IMG/VR virus record: IMGVR_UViG_3300047552_000486
Span: 1 to 52,276 of that record
Length of the DNA stretch: 52,276 nt
DNA from: a virus
Lineage: Duplodnaviria > Caudoviricetes
Direction: 5' to 3' (one strand)
Shown here: positions 16,241 through 24,592 of the stretch, piece after piece
How the letters are laid out: every line of letters begins with the position of its first letter
Position numbering within the stretch: position 1 is the stretch's first letter
Notes under the pieces: model-generated
The model's database searches: none
The model's input: the letters and a program-made list of their open reading frames with translations, nothing else
Told to the model about the DNA's origin: nothing
Program-made: the position numbers and the translations under genes

Positions 16241-17371
16241 ATGACAAAAAAACAATATATTCCAAATTTCAAAGACAAACGAGTAGTTGCCAGAATCCGC
16301 CGCGCTCATGGTTTCGCCAAAGCCATGCTGCGTGAAGCAAAGTGGGTACCATGTAGCCGAACTATGTTAGACAAGCACCTTGGGTTACACAATAGTGACT
16401 TGGGTCGCTATCTTCGTTGGTTACTGTTGATTGGATCGGCTGAACCATATTCAATGCACGATGGTGTTGTAAAGCGATACAAACTAAACAAACCTGGTTT
16501 AGACTTCCTCCGTTATCAGATCAATACACCGAACAACGACTATACATACCACGACCATCTTGAAGGTAAAGTATGGATCGATACTACTTCTGAACAGGCG
16601 CTCGAATATGAACATAAACTATCGCATGAGACTGTCTCAGAAGCCTACCACGCGACACACGGTGAAGAACTCACGTCATTGAACTTTATCTACAATGACA
16701 AGTCCAGCCGTCTCTGGCACCCTATCCAGAACATCAAGCGCGAGTACAAGACTAAACTACTCGAAGATGCTGGTTTGAAGTACCACTATGACATTGTTTG
16801 CTGTGCACCGACATTGATTGCAGGTCACGCTAAGAATTTAGGAATGGAAACGTATCCCGAGTACATCTATGGTTATATCGAGTGTCGTGACGCGGTGCGT
16901 GAATCAATGGCTATTGATTTGGGAGTTGATGAAGAGTCAGTCAAACGAGCAATCTTGGCTCTCTTTTGTGGCGCACGGTGTGGTACTAATGAGCGATTTG
17001 CTATCTTCAATCTACTGGGAAGTGTCAAAGCGGTCACTGAGTTCAGAGAGCACTTCTTTGTCAAAGGTGTGCGCGAAGAGATTAAAGACTGTTGGGAAGC
17101 AATCAGACCGACTATTGGTAAACGCACTATTGAAGATAAGAATGGTATTGAGCGGGTATTACCAATCAGTAGCAGACAGAAGTGGGGCGTTTACTTTGAT
17201 ATCGAGCGCACGGTGCTGAACGCGGTCTCTGATTACTTGGACAGCTACGATAATGGTCACTTCTTAGAGCATGACGGTTGGTCATGTGAAGATGTGGTTG
17301 ATACTGTAGCAGCAAGCGCGTATATCAAAGCTGCTACTGGATTCGAGATTGAGATTGTTGAATCTGATTAA
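16241..17371 (+). CDS. Minimal family-A/T7-like polymerase-fold protein with possible N-terminal winged helix
   Basis: RLWHPIQNI (R157), motif A YDIVCCA (D184), motif B VKRAILALFCG (K235), motif C LEHDGW (H344, D345), in the canonical order. Confidence 0.65.
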   Translation: MTKKQYIPNFKDKRVVARIRRAHGFAKAMLREAKWVPCSRTMLDKHLGLHNSDLGRYLRWLLLIGSAEPYSMHDGVVKRYKLNKPGLDFLRYQINTPNNDYTYHDHLEGKVWIDTTSEQALEYEHKLSHETVSEAYHATHGEELTSLNFIYNDKSSRLWHPIQNIKREYKTKLLEDAGLKYHYDIVCCAPTLIAGHAKNLGMETYPEYIYGYIECRDAVRESMAIDLGVDEESVKRAILALFCGARCGTNERFAIFNLLGSVKAVTEFREHFFVKGVREEIKDCWEAIRPTIGKRTIEDKNGIERVLPISSRQKWGVYFDIERTVLNAVSDYLDSYDNGHFLEHDGWSCEDVVDTVAASAYIKAATGFEIEIVESD

Positions 17372-17871
17372 GTACTTAACTTTTTAATCAGTTCTTTGTT
17401 CCGCGCAAAGAAGTCATCAAAGTCGGTAATCACCCAGCGTCCATGTTTATTTGTGTACACTGTGTGATTACCAAGAGACAACTCCTCATGTTCTTGAACA
17501 GCGACATACTTGCCCTTGCGAGTAATCTTAAACATTAAGATATTAAAGTCGCCATCATCAGCTACAGTCATCAGCTGATCGAGCCAACCATCTAATTGTT
17601 TGCTACCAGTATATAGATTGTGAAAGTCTATATCAGCGTAGTTCTTAGCTTCTGCGTTGAAGTGTGTCCAATCATCTGGCGCAGTGATGTCGCCTTTTGT
17701 GCTTTGAATCTGACCAGCACTCATTGTGCCTTTACGATGAACATTGCGTCCACCAATATACGCCCCACTCCCGGTGATATTCCGCAGGAATGATTCGTTA
17801 TAGAGTTCAGAGAGATATTTTGCAATATCTCTTTCAAATGAACTCCCCTTTTGTTTTGATTTGCTTGCCAT
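17368..17871 (-). CDS. Holliday junction resolvase (Hjc-like PD-(D/E)xK)
   Basis: KGSSFERDIA...GDI...EAKNY; lies downstream of gp46. Confidence 0.8.
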   Translation of the reverse strand: MASKSKQKGSSFERDIAKYLSELYNESFLRNITGSGAYIGGRNVHRKGTMSAGQIQSTKGDITAPDDWTHFNAEAKNYADIDFHNLYTGSKQLDGWLDQLMTVADDGDFNILMFKITRKGKYVAVQEHEELSLGNHTVYTNKHGRWVITDFDDFFARNKELIKKLST

Positions 17872-17897
17872 GTTTTATTTATTATGGCAAGCGCACA

Positions 17898-19982
17898 TCA
17901 TTCTTCTTCTGCGTGTCTGAATGATGAGAAGCCATTCTCTTTAACTACTGTTAAGATGTTGTCGATTCGACTTACCAGTTCTTCCTTATGGGACACTAAC
18001 CATACACTCTTGTTACGAGTGCGCGAGAAGTCTTTAAGAATTGCCAGTGCGCTATCAACGCCAGCTGCATCCATACCCGAGTCGATCAGTTCATCAATCA
18101 TCAACAAGTTAACCGGTTGGTACAAGTTTTCCCATACATCTCTGAATGCGAATGACAGACCTAAGATAACACGATTGCGTTCACCGCGACTGAATGAGTC
18201 AAAGTCAGTATCACGACCAAAGTCTGTAATCTCAACACTTAAATCGTTCAAGAATGTCACGCGGTGTGGCAATCCCAACTTATCTAGATAGTAGCTCAAG
18301 CGTGTGTTCAAGTAACCTAAGTTTTGCTCGATGATTCGCTTACGCACAAATGACTTTTTGTTGGTCAATAGGTCCAACAGGTAATCTTGATGTTTGAGTA
18401 CGCGATTCAACTCATCGATGATTGTGTAATCGACTTCTTGTAGTGCGTCACGTTGCATCTCCGTGATTTGTTCACTGTATGGGTCCAACTCGGCGTGTTT
18501 CTCAAGAATCTGTGCTTCTAAGTGCGCTACGTTTGCTTTATGGGAGACAGCTTCGTTCTCAGTGCGATAAATGGTAGTTGGCGGAACACCAAGGGTAATC
18601 GGTGTCAATTCTGCTAGTTGAGCAGCGTATGGATCAGTTTCTCCCAACTTGTCGGCTACAGCGCGACACATGTTTGCGTCTTCGGTCATGGCACGTACAG
18701 CTTCGGCTTCAGTTTTATAATGGGTCGTGGGGCGCTCAGGAAGCGGCAGGAGCGCTTGAAGCGCGGTAGTGTGCTCTAGATACTGTGTATTAGTTGACAA
18801 CGCTTGGAGAGCTGCCTCCTGTAACGCAGTGCGTTTTTGTTCCAATACTGCGCCATGCTTCTCATCGTGGAATTCTTGACCACATGCGTAACACTTATGC
18901 GCTTCTAAATCAGCAATCTCAGATTTGAGGGCATCGATAACTTTTTGTTCACGTGCTTCTGCTACTTCACACGCAGAGATCCAACGCTTCAACTCAGTTA
19001 CTTTAGCACTCTGCTCCAACCATGCAGCTAATGCCACATGCGCCGCCGCTTCAGCTTCGTAGTCGAAGTCACCATTAGCTTTGATCGCTGCCTCTAGCGC
19101 CGCAACTTCAGCTGCGTGTTTTTTAGCCCATGCAGCCTGACGATCAACCACTGATTGATATACGTCAGCTTGTTTGCGCTGTTCGTTGTAAATTGCTAAA
19201 TCCTTGTGTGCCAGCAATTCAGCATCAATGTCGATAGTATTTAAGTTGTCATACTTGCCAATCAAAAACGCCAAGTCACTGTCATACTTCTTTTGCCACA
19301 ACACCTGTCGGCGCTTTAACGACTCGATTTGTTCAGTGATACGCTTATTGGCATCTTCTACGCCACGAATTCTGAATTCTTCAGCTGTGATAGAGCCTTT
19401 AGTTGCCTTAATCAATTCTTTGACTGCTGTTGCCTTCTCAGACAACAGCGTAATTCCCAACAACTGTTCGATTACTTCACGCTGCTCACTTACTTTGAGT
19501 GACAGGAATGGAGTTGTGTAGCTGTTTAAACAAACAATGTGATTAAACATGGTGTTTGACATTCCAAGTACACGTTCAATCGCTTCTTGAGTCTCACGGC
19601 TATCACCTTGTGCGTCATCGGTAACTTCTTGTTCTTTGTTGTCGATGAAAAACTTTAAAGAGTTGGGCTTCCGCGCACGTGTAATCTTATAGTCGATAGT
19701 ACCAACAGAGAAATCGATAGTTACCGACATGTTCTTCTCGTTAGTTCTATTAATTAAATTATCACGTTTAATACTGTTGATGGCAGTGCCAAACAGCGCA
19801 TAGCTAATCATTTGAAATAGTGATGATTTACCACAACCGTTCTTAGCGCCTTCAGCAGCGCCGCCTAAGTCGATGTTCTCGCCTAAGATAAGTGTGAGTT
19901 GTTCGTTGTCCAATTCAAGAGTCTGCTCTACTGCGCCAAAACTCAGGAAGTTTTTTGCTTTGATGTTATTAATCTTAATCAT
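17898..19982 (-). CDS. gp46: Recombination ATPase gp46 (SbcC/Rad50-like)
   Basis: Walker A NGCGKS, zinc hook CYAC, signature FSRGE, Walker B LLMIDE, D-loop SGMD, H-loop VSH. Confidence 0.95.
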   Translation of the reverse strand: MIKINNIKAKNFLSFGAVEQTLELDNEQLTLILGENIDLGGAAEGAKNGCGKSSLFQMISYALFGTAINSIKRDNLINRTNEKNMSVTIDFSVGTIDYKITRARKPNSLKFFIDNKEQEVTDDAQGDSRETQEAIERVLGMSNTMFNHIVCLNSYTTPFLSLKVSEQREVIEQLLGITLLSEKATAVKELIKATKGSITAEEFRIRGVEDANKRITEQIESLKRRQVLWQKKYDSDLAFLIGKYDNLNTIDIDAELLAHKDLAIYNEQRKQADVYQSVVDRQAAWAKKHAAEVAALEAAIKANGDFDYEAEAAAHVALAAWLEQSAKVTELKRWISACEVAEAREQKVIDALKSEIADLEAHKCYACGQEFHDEKHGAVLEQKRTALQEAALQALSTNTQYLEHTTALQALLPLPERPTTHYKTEAEAVRAMTEDANMCRAVADKLGETDPYAAQLAELTPITLGVPPTTIYRTENEAVSHKANVAHLEAQILEKHAELDPYSEQITEMQRDALQEVDYTIIDELNRVLKHQDYLLDLLTNKKSFVRKRIIEQNLGYLNTRLSYYLDKLGLPHRVTFLNDLSVEITDFGRDTDFDSFSRGERNRVILGLSFAFRDVWENLYQPVNLLMIDELIDSGMDAAGVDSALAILKDFSRTRNKSVWLVSHKEELVSRIDNILTVVKENGFSSFRHAEEE

Positions 19983-19989
19983 TTGAATC

Positions 19990-21009
19990 TCACAGGTTAC
20001 GGTAAATATCTAGTAATAGTTTTTTGTCAAAGGCGGTGCCTTCTTCCAATTCTTCAATTTGTGTTTGAATGATATGGTCAACACTTTCGAATTCGGTATT
20101 GGAGTAATCGGTGTTGTCAGTTTCAATATCAGACTTCTGGGCAATCAACGACATCTCTCGCAAGCTATATTGTTGGACAAGTGTCTCTTTAAGGAAGGCA
20201 CTCTCTTCGTAGCTCAAGTCGATATCAAGATTTACTTTGACATAACTGTTCCGAACCAAAAGTTTATCTGGGTCTTCAATTAATTCACTCAAATTGTGAA
20301 TTCGATATTTTGGACCATCTTCCCAGTTATGGTAAACTGGTTCGCAATCCCATTCTAATGTCATCATACCGCGTTCGTCATCACCAGCATCACTGTAGTT
20401 ATGCGCGAATGCGTTACCGATATACGATACGTTGCCCTTGTGTTGGCGTTTGTGGAAGTGACCGGTAAACACTCGCTTGAATTGTGTTAGATGTTCGGTC
20501 TGTAATTCACCATGATCAGGCATCTCAATCATTGCATTTAAGATAAAGTGTGGCAGCTCAAAGTGGCCGGCCAAATATTTCGATTTGATGTCCTTTATTG
20601 CCTTGTACTCATCGCCGACCAAAAACGGACATATGGTCATGTTACCCTTAGTCGTGATTTTGTCGATTAAATGAACATTCGGTAAGTGCTTCGCCCACTC
20701 TACCGAATGAATATCTCGTTTATTTCTATGGAACATGTCATGATTACCTACCACGAAATACACATCTTTAAAATTTGCACTGAGTTTTTCCAAACCTCTT
20801 AGTGAATACTGTAGAGTTTGGATATTAATAGATGCCCGGTGATGGTTGTAGTCACCTAAGAAGAAGCATGTTTCACAATCTTCCTTCTTGGCGGTAGCAA
20901 TGAACCAGTCGATGAAATTTGAACAATCTTCGTTGTGTTGTTCGCTGTTGCCTTTTGCACCGAAGTGAAGATCAGTAAAGAATGCGGCTTTTTGAAATAG
21001 ATTTGACAT
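19990..21009 (-). CDS. gp47: Recombination nuclease gp47 (SbcD/Mre11-like)
   Basis: Metallophosphoesterase motifs DLHFG, GDY, GNHD and GHFH. Confidence 0.95.
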   Translation of the reverse strand: MSNLFQKAAFFTDLHFGAKGNSEQHNEDCSNFIDWFIATAKKEDCETCFFLGDYNHHRASINIQTLQYSLRGLEKLSANFKDVYFVVGNHDMFHRNKRDIHSVEWAKHLPNVHLIDKITTKGNMTICPFLVGDEYKAIKDIKSKYLAGHFELPHFILNAMIEMPDHGELQTEHLTQFKRVFTGHFHKRQHKGNVSYIGNAFAHNYSDAGDDERGMMTLEWDCEPVYHNWEDGPKYRIHNLSELIEDPDKLLVRNSYVKVNLDIDLSYEESAFLKETLVQQYSLREMSLIAQKSDIETDNTDYSNTEFESVDHIIQTQIEELEEGTAFDKKLLLDIYRNL

Positions 21010-21039
21010 TGTATTGGTGGATAAAAGTTTACATAACTG

Positions 21040-21067
21040 ATTCTACACCACAAAAAACAAAACGCAA
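21040..21067 (-). promoter_or_regulatory. Possible sigma70-like promoter for gp47/46
   Basis: TTGCGT-16-TAGAAT on the minus strand. Confidence 0.4.
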
Positions 21068-21076
21068 GTAGGTTTG

Positions 21077-21147
21077 GATAAATAAAGATGAAGGTCACGA
21101 GATTGCCGTCTCTACCCTCTCTAACTGCTAAGAAGGAGCAAGTCAGC
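21077..21147 (+). promoter_or_regulatory. Late promoter GATAAATA plus two-hairpin 5' leader overlapping the SD
   Basis: GGT..GAGAT-TGCC-GTCTC.ACC and CTAACTGCT-AAGAAGG-AGCAAGTCAG immediately before ATG 21148. Confidence 0.6.
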
Positions 21148-21899
21148 ATGACTATTTATTATTTAATGGTGAAGACCCACCGTAAAACAGGTCTAAAATA
21201 TCTGTGTCAGACTAGACAAAAAAATCCCTACACATACCCTGGTTCTGGAGTAGACTGGTCAAAGCATTTGAAGGAATTCGGTGAAGATATCCATACCGAG
21301 ATACTGTTTAAAACCACTACCAAAAGCGAGTTGAATGCTCAGGGAAGATATTATAGTACATTATTTCGTGTAGTAACTGCTGCCGATGATTATGGTAATA
21401 AAATATGGGCAAATTTAATCCCAGAGACTGGTGGTGGCCCAGGCTGGACCAGTGAACAGTGTGATCGACGCATGGTGAAAATAGTTTCGGAAGGTAAACA
21501 TCATTGGCAAAAGAGGGCCGATGGGACATCCCGCGCGTCTGATTCAGTGATAGATGGTACCAATGCTTGGCTCAAACGTTCAGATGGTTCATCGGTTGCC
21601 GGTGATAGAGTAAAGAATGGTACTCATAATTTTTAAAAAGACAAGATGGTACATCGATTCAGACTGACAGAGTTAAGAATGGCACTCATAATTTACTCGG
21701 TGCCAACAAGGGGAAAGATAATCCTCGCTATTCAGAACTGACTTACAATTTTGCCCATATTGATGGTAGATTAGAATCCAACGTGACGCAGTTTTATATG
21801 AAGATGAAGTATGATAATTTACATTCATCTAAGATGTCTTTGTTGGTTAAAGGACATAGAAATTCACATATGGGATGGCGAATAGTTCATCGTTATTAG
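21148..21899 (+). CDS. Seg-like GIY-YIG homing endonuclease split by a -1 frameshift at ~21633
   Basis: IYYLMVKTHRKTGLKYLCQT...YPGSG...EIL...WANL. Frame 0 stops at 21636. The -1 frame continues LKRQDGTS...GKDNPRY...LVKGHRNSHMGWR to TAG 21899. Confidence 0.75.
21505..21692 (+). repeat. Three 21-aa repeats (W/F).KR.DG(T/S)S...D.V..GT
   Basis: Copies start at 21505, 21568 and 21631. The third is 62 nt rather than 63. Confidence 0.85.
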
Positions 21900-21977
21900 T
21901 CTATCAGACATCTATACCAGTAACAATGAGATTGGATCAATCAACTAAATAAATCACAAAAAAGTACTACTAACCGC

Positions 21978-22006
21978 TTGACATATTGAATACTTTTTGT
22001 TATACT
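21978..22006 (+). promoter_or_regulatory. sigma70 promoter TTGACA-17-TATACT (extended -10) for gp55
   Basis: TTGACA 21978-21983, TATACT 22001-22006. A late motif ACTAAATA also lies at 21944-21951. Confidence 0.85.
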
Positions 22007-22029
22007 GGTACTCTGATTAACTACTACTT

Positions 22030-22971
22030 ATGAGCACACAACAAACACTAATACCAACAGCAAAGAAGCCCGTCAATTACTTGGCCAATAAAGATATCTT
22101 AGTTCAGATTCATCTTAGCAAAAACACCTACTGCCAATTCACACAGCCAGAATATCATCAATACGACTTTATTGTTGACTATTTGGACAATTCTAGTTTA
22201 GAGGCAAACTTAGAATATGCCTGCAGGGAAGAGACTATCTTACAAGCAAAGACAAACCGCGCCCTGCGTTTAGATGCGGTTGCTGGGAATCCTAAAGGCA
22301 CTACTCCTCCAGAATCCATAGATAAAGAAGACTTAATTATTCGCGTCATGACCTGGGCACATATTCCACTTGCACCAAAAGCTCCAAAGAAGGTCACCAA
22401 GAAGAAGAGTGCTAAAGAGATATTTGACTTTGGAGATGAAGATGACTCATTCGCGGATCTGGAAGTAGACGCGCCAGTTAAACTAGATGACTTGGTTCAT
22501 GTCAGAGTAAACTTCCCACCATTCCAACATTACAAGTTTGATGGAGCTGGCAGCTTAATCTGTGTTGGTAAGTCACACTGGGAAGGCGATATGGTGACTG
22601 GTGAATTCGCCCGAGATAAAGGTCAAATCACCAATACGCTGGCTAAGATGTATTTGAAGTTGTGTGAGCGTTATGGTACCAAGTGGAATTGGCGCGGCTA
22701 TTCCTACAATGACGAGATGGTGTCATCCGCACTGTTACAATTAACATATGTTGGACTGCGCTTCAATGAAGCCAAGGGTAGTAACCCATTCGCGTATTTA
22801 AGTGCAGTATTAGGTAACGCATTCTGCCGAGTATTGAATACTGAAAAGCGCTCACAGAGTATCCGAGACGACTTAATGGAAGCTAATGGTATTGCACCCT
22901 CATTTACGCGCCAATTTCAAGAAGAGTACGCTCGTGAGATGAAACGGATGGAAGACACTGCTGGTGAATGA
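22030..22971 (+). CDS. gp55: Late-transcription sigma factor (gp55-like) with a large N-proximal insertion
   Basis: NYLANKD...NWRGYSYNDEM...RFNEAKGSNPFAY....NAFCRVLNTEKR. Confidence 0.85.
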   Translation: MSTQQTLIPTAKKPVNYLANKDILVQIHLSKNTYCQFTQPEYHQYDFIVDYLDNSSLEANLEYACREETILQAKTNRALRLDAVAGNPKGTTPPESIDKEDLIIRVMTWAHIPLAPKAPKKVTKKKSAKEIFDFGDEDDSFADLEVDAPVKLDDLVHVRVNFPPFQHYKFDGAGSLICVGKSHWEGDMVTGEFARDKGQITNTLAKMYLKLCERYGTKWNWRGYSYNDEMVSSALLQLTYVGLRFNEAKGSNPFAYLSAVLGNAFCRVLNTEKRSQSIRDDLMEANGIAPSFTRQFQEEYAREMKRMEDTAGE

Positions 22972-22996
22972 TGCTGGAAATGCTGGTTTTTGCATC

Positions 22997-23004
22997 GCTA
23001 AATA
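22997..23004 (+). promoter_or_regulatory. Late promoter GCTAAATA
   Basis: Starts the baseplate operon; an AAGGA SD follows. Confidence 0.7.
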
Positions 23005-23024
23005 GTAGATAAGGACAACATACT

Positions 23025-24290
23025 ATGGCAGATGATACAACAGTCGATGAAGAACCAAGTTCGCAAGGCACACCATATGACGATGATGGCAATCTGAACA
23101 ATGGCTGGTCGACCGATGAAAACGGCGACCCTGTTTGGATCGGTGCCGGCTACGATGACTCCAGTGGTAAGAATATCGAAGATGTCAACGAGGAGGACCC
23201 GTTTGAAGCTGCCAGAATTGCTGCAATCGCGGCAGAAGAAGAAGAGTCGTCTCCCACTGAGCAAGCAGTTATTGACAGTGATCCATTAGGATATTGGGCA
23301 GACCGAGCTGTTAATCTTGCCAGTGGAGCTGCTGATACTGTTGTCGGCGGTCTAAAGAGTTTATTTGGCGCAGATACAAAGACCGGCGGCGCGGGTGCCG
23401 CTCCTGGCAAAACAGCTGCGGTTAACTATTCACAACCACCAGATTGGCGATTCAGAATTACACTTGCCCCTGGCGCAAAGTATCTGTACAACGCTCCTGG
23501 TAACGCTGGTATCTTAGAGCCACTTCGCGGTCGTGGAGTTATCTTCCCGTATACTCCATCAGTGAGTGTCGCGTACAGCGCTGCTTATGAATCGCTACAA
23601 CCAACACATAGTAACTATAAGATCCATCAATATCAAGGTAGTTCAGTTGATACTGTTACTGTTACTGGTGAATTCACGGCACAAGATGTGACTGAAGCAA
23701 ACTATATGTTAGCTGTGATTCACTTCTTACGCTCTTCTACCAAAATGTTCTATGGACAAGATACTTCACCAAGAGCAGGCACACCACCACCACTCCTATA
23801 CTTGAGTGGCTTTGGTCAATTCCAATTTGATAATCATCCAGTGGTGCTGCAAAACTTTACCTATTCATTGCCGACTGACGTTGATTATATTAATGCGTAT
23901 CCTAGTGGTGGTACTGTTGGTGTTACTGGTGCAGATTTGTCGCCTTATTTGAAGAACTCACCACTTGGTCGCATGAGCGCTAGTGGTTTGATTAACTCAA
24001 TTGCTGGCGCTGGTATCTCGCGTTTAAAAGGTGCATTCGGTGACAGTAAACTAGGCAAGATGGCCGGTGATAAAGTTGGTGGTATGTTGGGAGGCGCAAT
24101 TAGTGGCGCTGTTGGTGGTGGCGGAGGCGGCGCAGCTATACTAACTCGTGTTCCTACAAAGATGAGCATTACTCTGACGTTCTTGCCAATTGCCACCCGT
24201 CGAGCAGTTAGTAATGAATTCAGTTTGCAAAAGTATGCTAAGGGTGAATTGCTCAATAGTAAAGGCAGAAGTGGTGGAGGTATGTGGTAA
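23025..24290 (+). CDS. Baseplate/tail-tube initiator-like protein (gp48/gp54-like)
   Basis: FPYTPSV...GTPPPLLYLSGFG...VVLQNFTYSLP..VDY...VPTKMSITLTF tube-fold pattern; first gene of the baseplate cluster. Confidence 0.65.
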   Translation: MADDTTVDEEPSSQGTPYDDDGNLNNGWSTDENGDPVWIGAGYDDSSGKNIEDVNEEDPFEAARIAAIAAEEEESSPTEQAVIDSDPLGYWADRAVNLASGAADTVVGGLKSLFGADTKTGGAGAAPGKTAAVNYSQPPDWRFRITLAPGAKYLYNAPGNAGILEPLRGRGVIFPYTPSVSVAYSAAYESLQPTHSNYKIHQYQGSSVDTVTVTGEFTAQDVTEANYMLAVIHFLRSSTKMFYGQDTSPRAGTPPPLLYLSGFGQFQFDNHPVVLQNFTYSLPTDVDYINAYPSGGTVGVTGADLSPYLKNSPLGRMSASGLINSIAGAGISRLKGAFGDSKLGKMAGDKVGGMLGGAISGAVGGGGGGAAILTRVPTKMSITLTFLPIATRRAVSNEFSLQKYAKGELLNSKGRSGGGMW

Positions 24291-24589
24291 TGGCTTATTC
24301 AGTTACTAGTCCGTATTACGGAACTCGTGTTGTTGACAACAAGTATCTTGATGTGATGCGTAATCGTCCGATTACTGGTGAGGTCACTGACCAGCACTGG
24401 GCAATCACAACCGTGTACAATCTTCGCCCTGACTTATTAGCAAGTGATCTTTATGGTGATAGTAGATTGTGGTGGGTATTTGCTCAGCGTAATCCTAATA
24501 CCCTTCAAGACCCGTTGTTTGACTTTGTAACTGGTACTTACATTTATGTGCCAACTGCTGATGCTGTTAAACGTGCACTAGGAATTTAA
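24290..24589 (+). CDS. gp53: Baseplate wedge protein (gp53/LysM-like)
   Basis: RPDLLASDLYGDSRLWWVFAQRN; TAATG overlap with the previous gene. Confidence 0.85.
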   Translation: MAYSVTSPYYGTRVVDNKYLDVMRNRPITGEVTDQHWAITTVYNLRPDLLASDLYGDSRLWWVFAQRNPNTLQDPLFDFVTGTYIYVPTADAVKRALGI

Positions 24590-24592
24590 AGT

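Noticed and set aside
16241-17371. Reverse transcriptase/retron or replicative PolA reading of the 376-aa ORF
   Set aside because: No YxDD motif; too short, with no exonuclease domain or steric-gate Glu.
21088-21147. ATG 21088 as start of the GIY-YIG gene
   Set aside because: The SD precedes ATG 21148, where the nuclease motif begins. Leaderless use of 21088 is not fully excluded.
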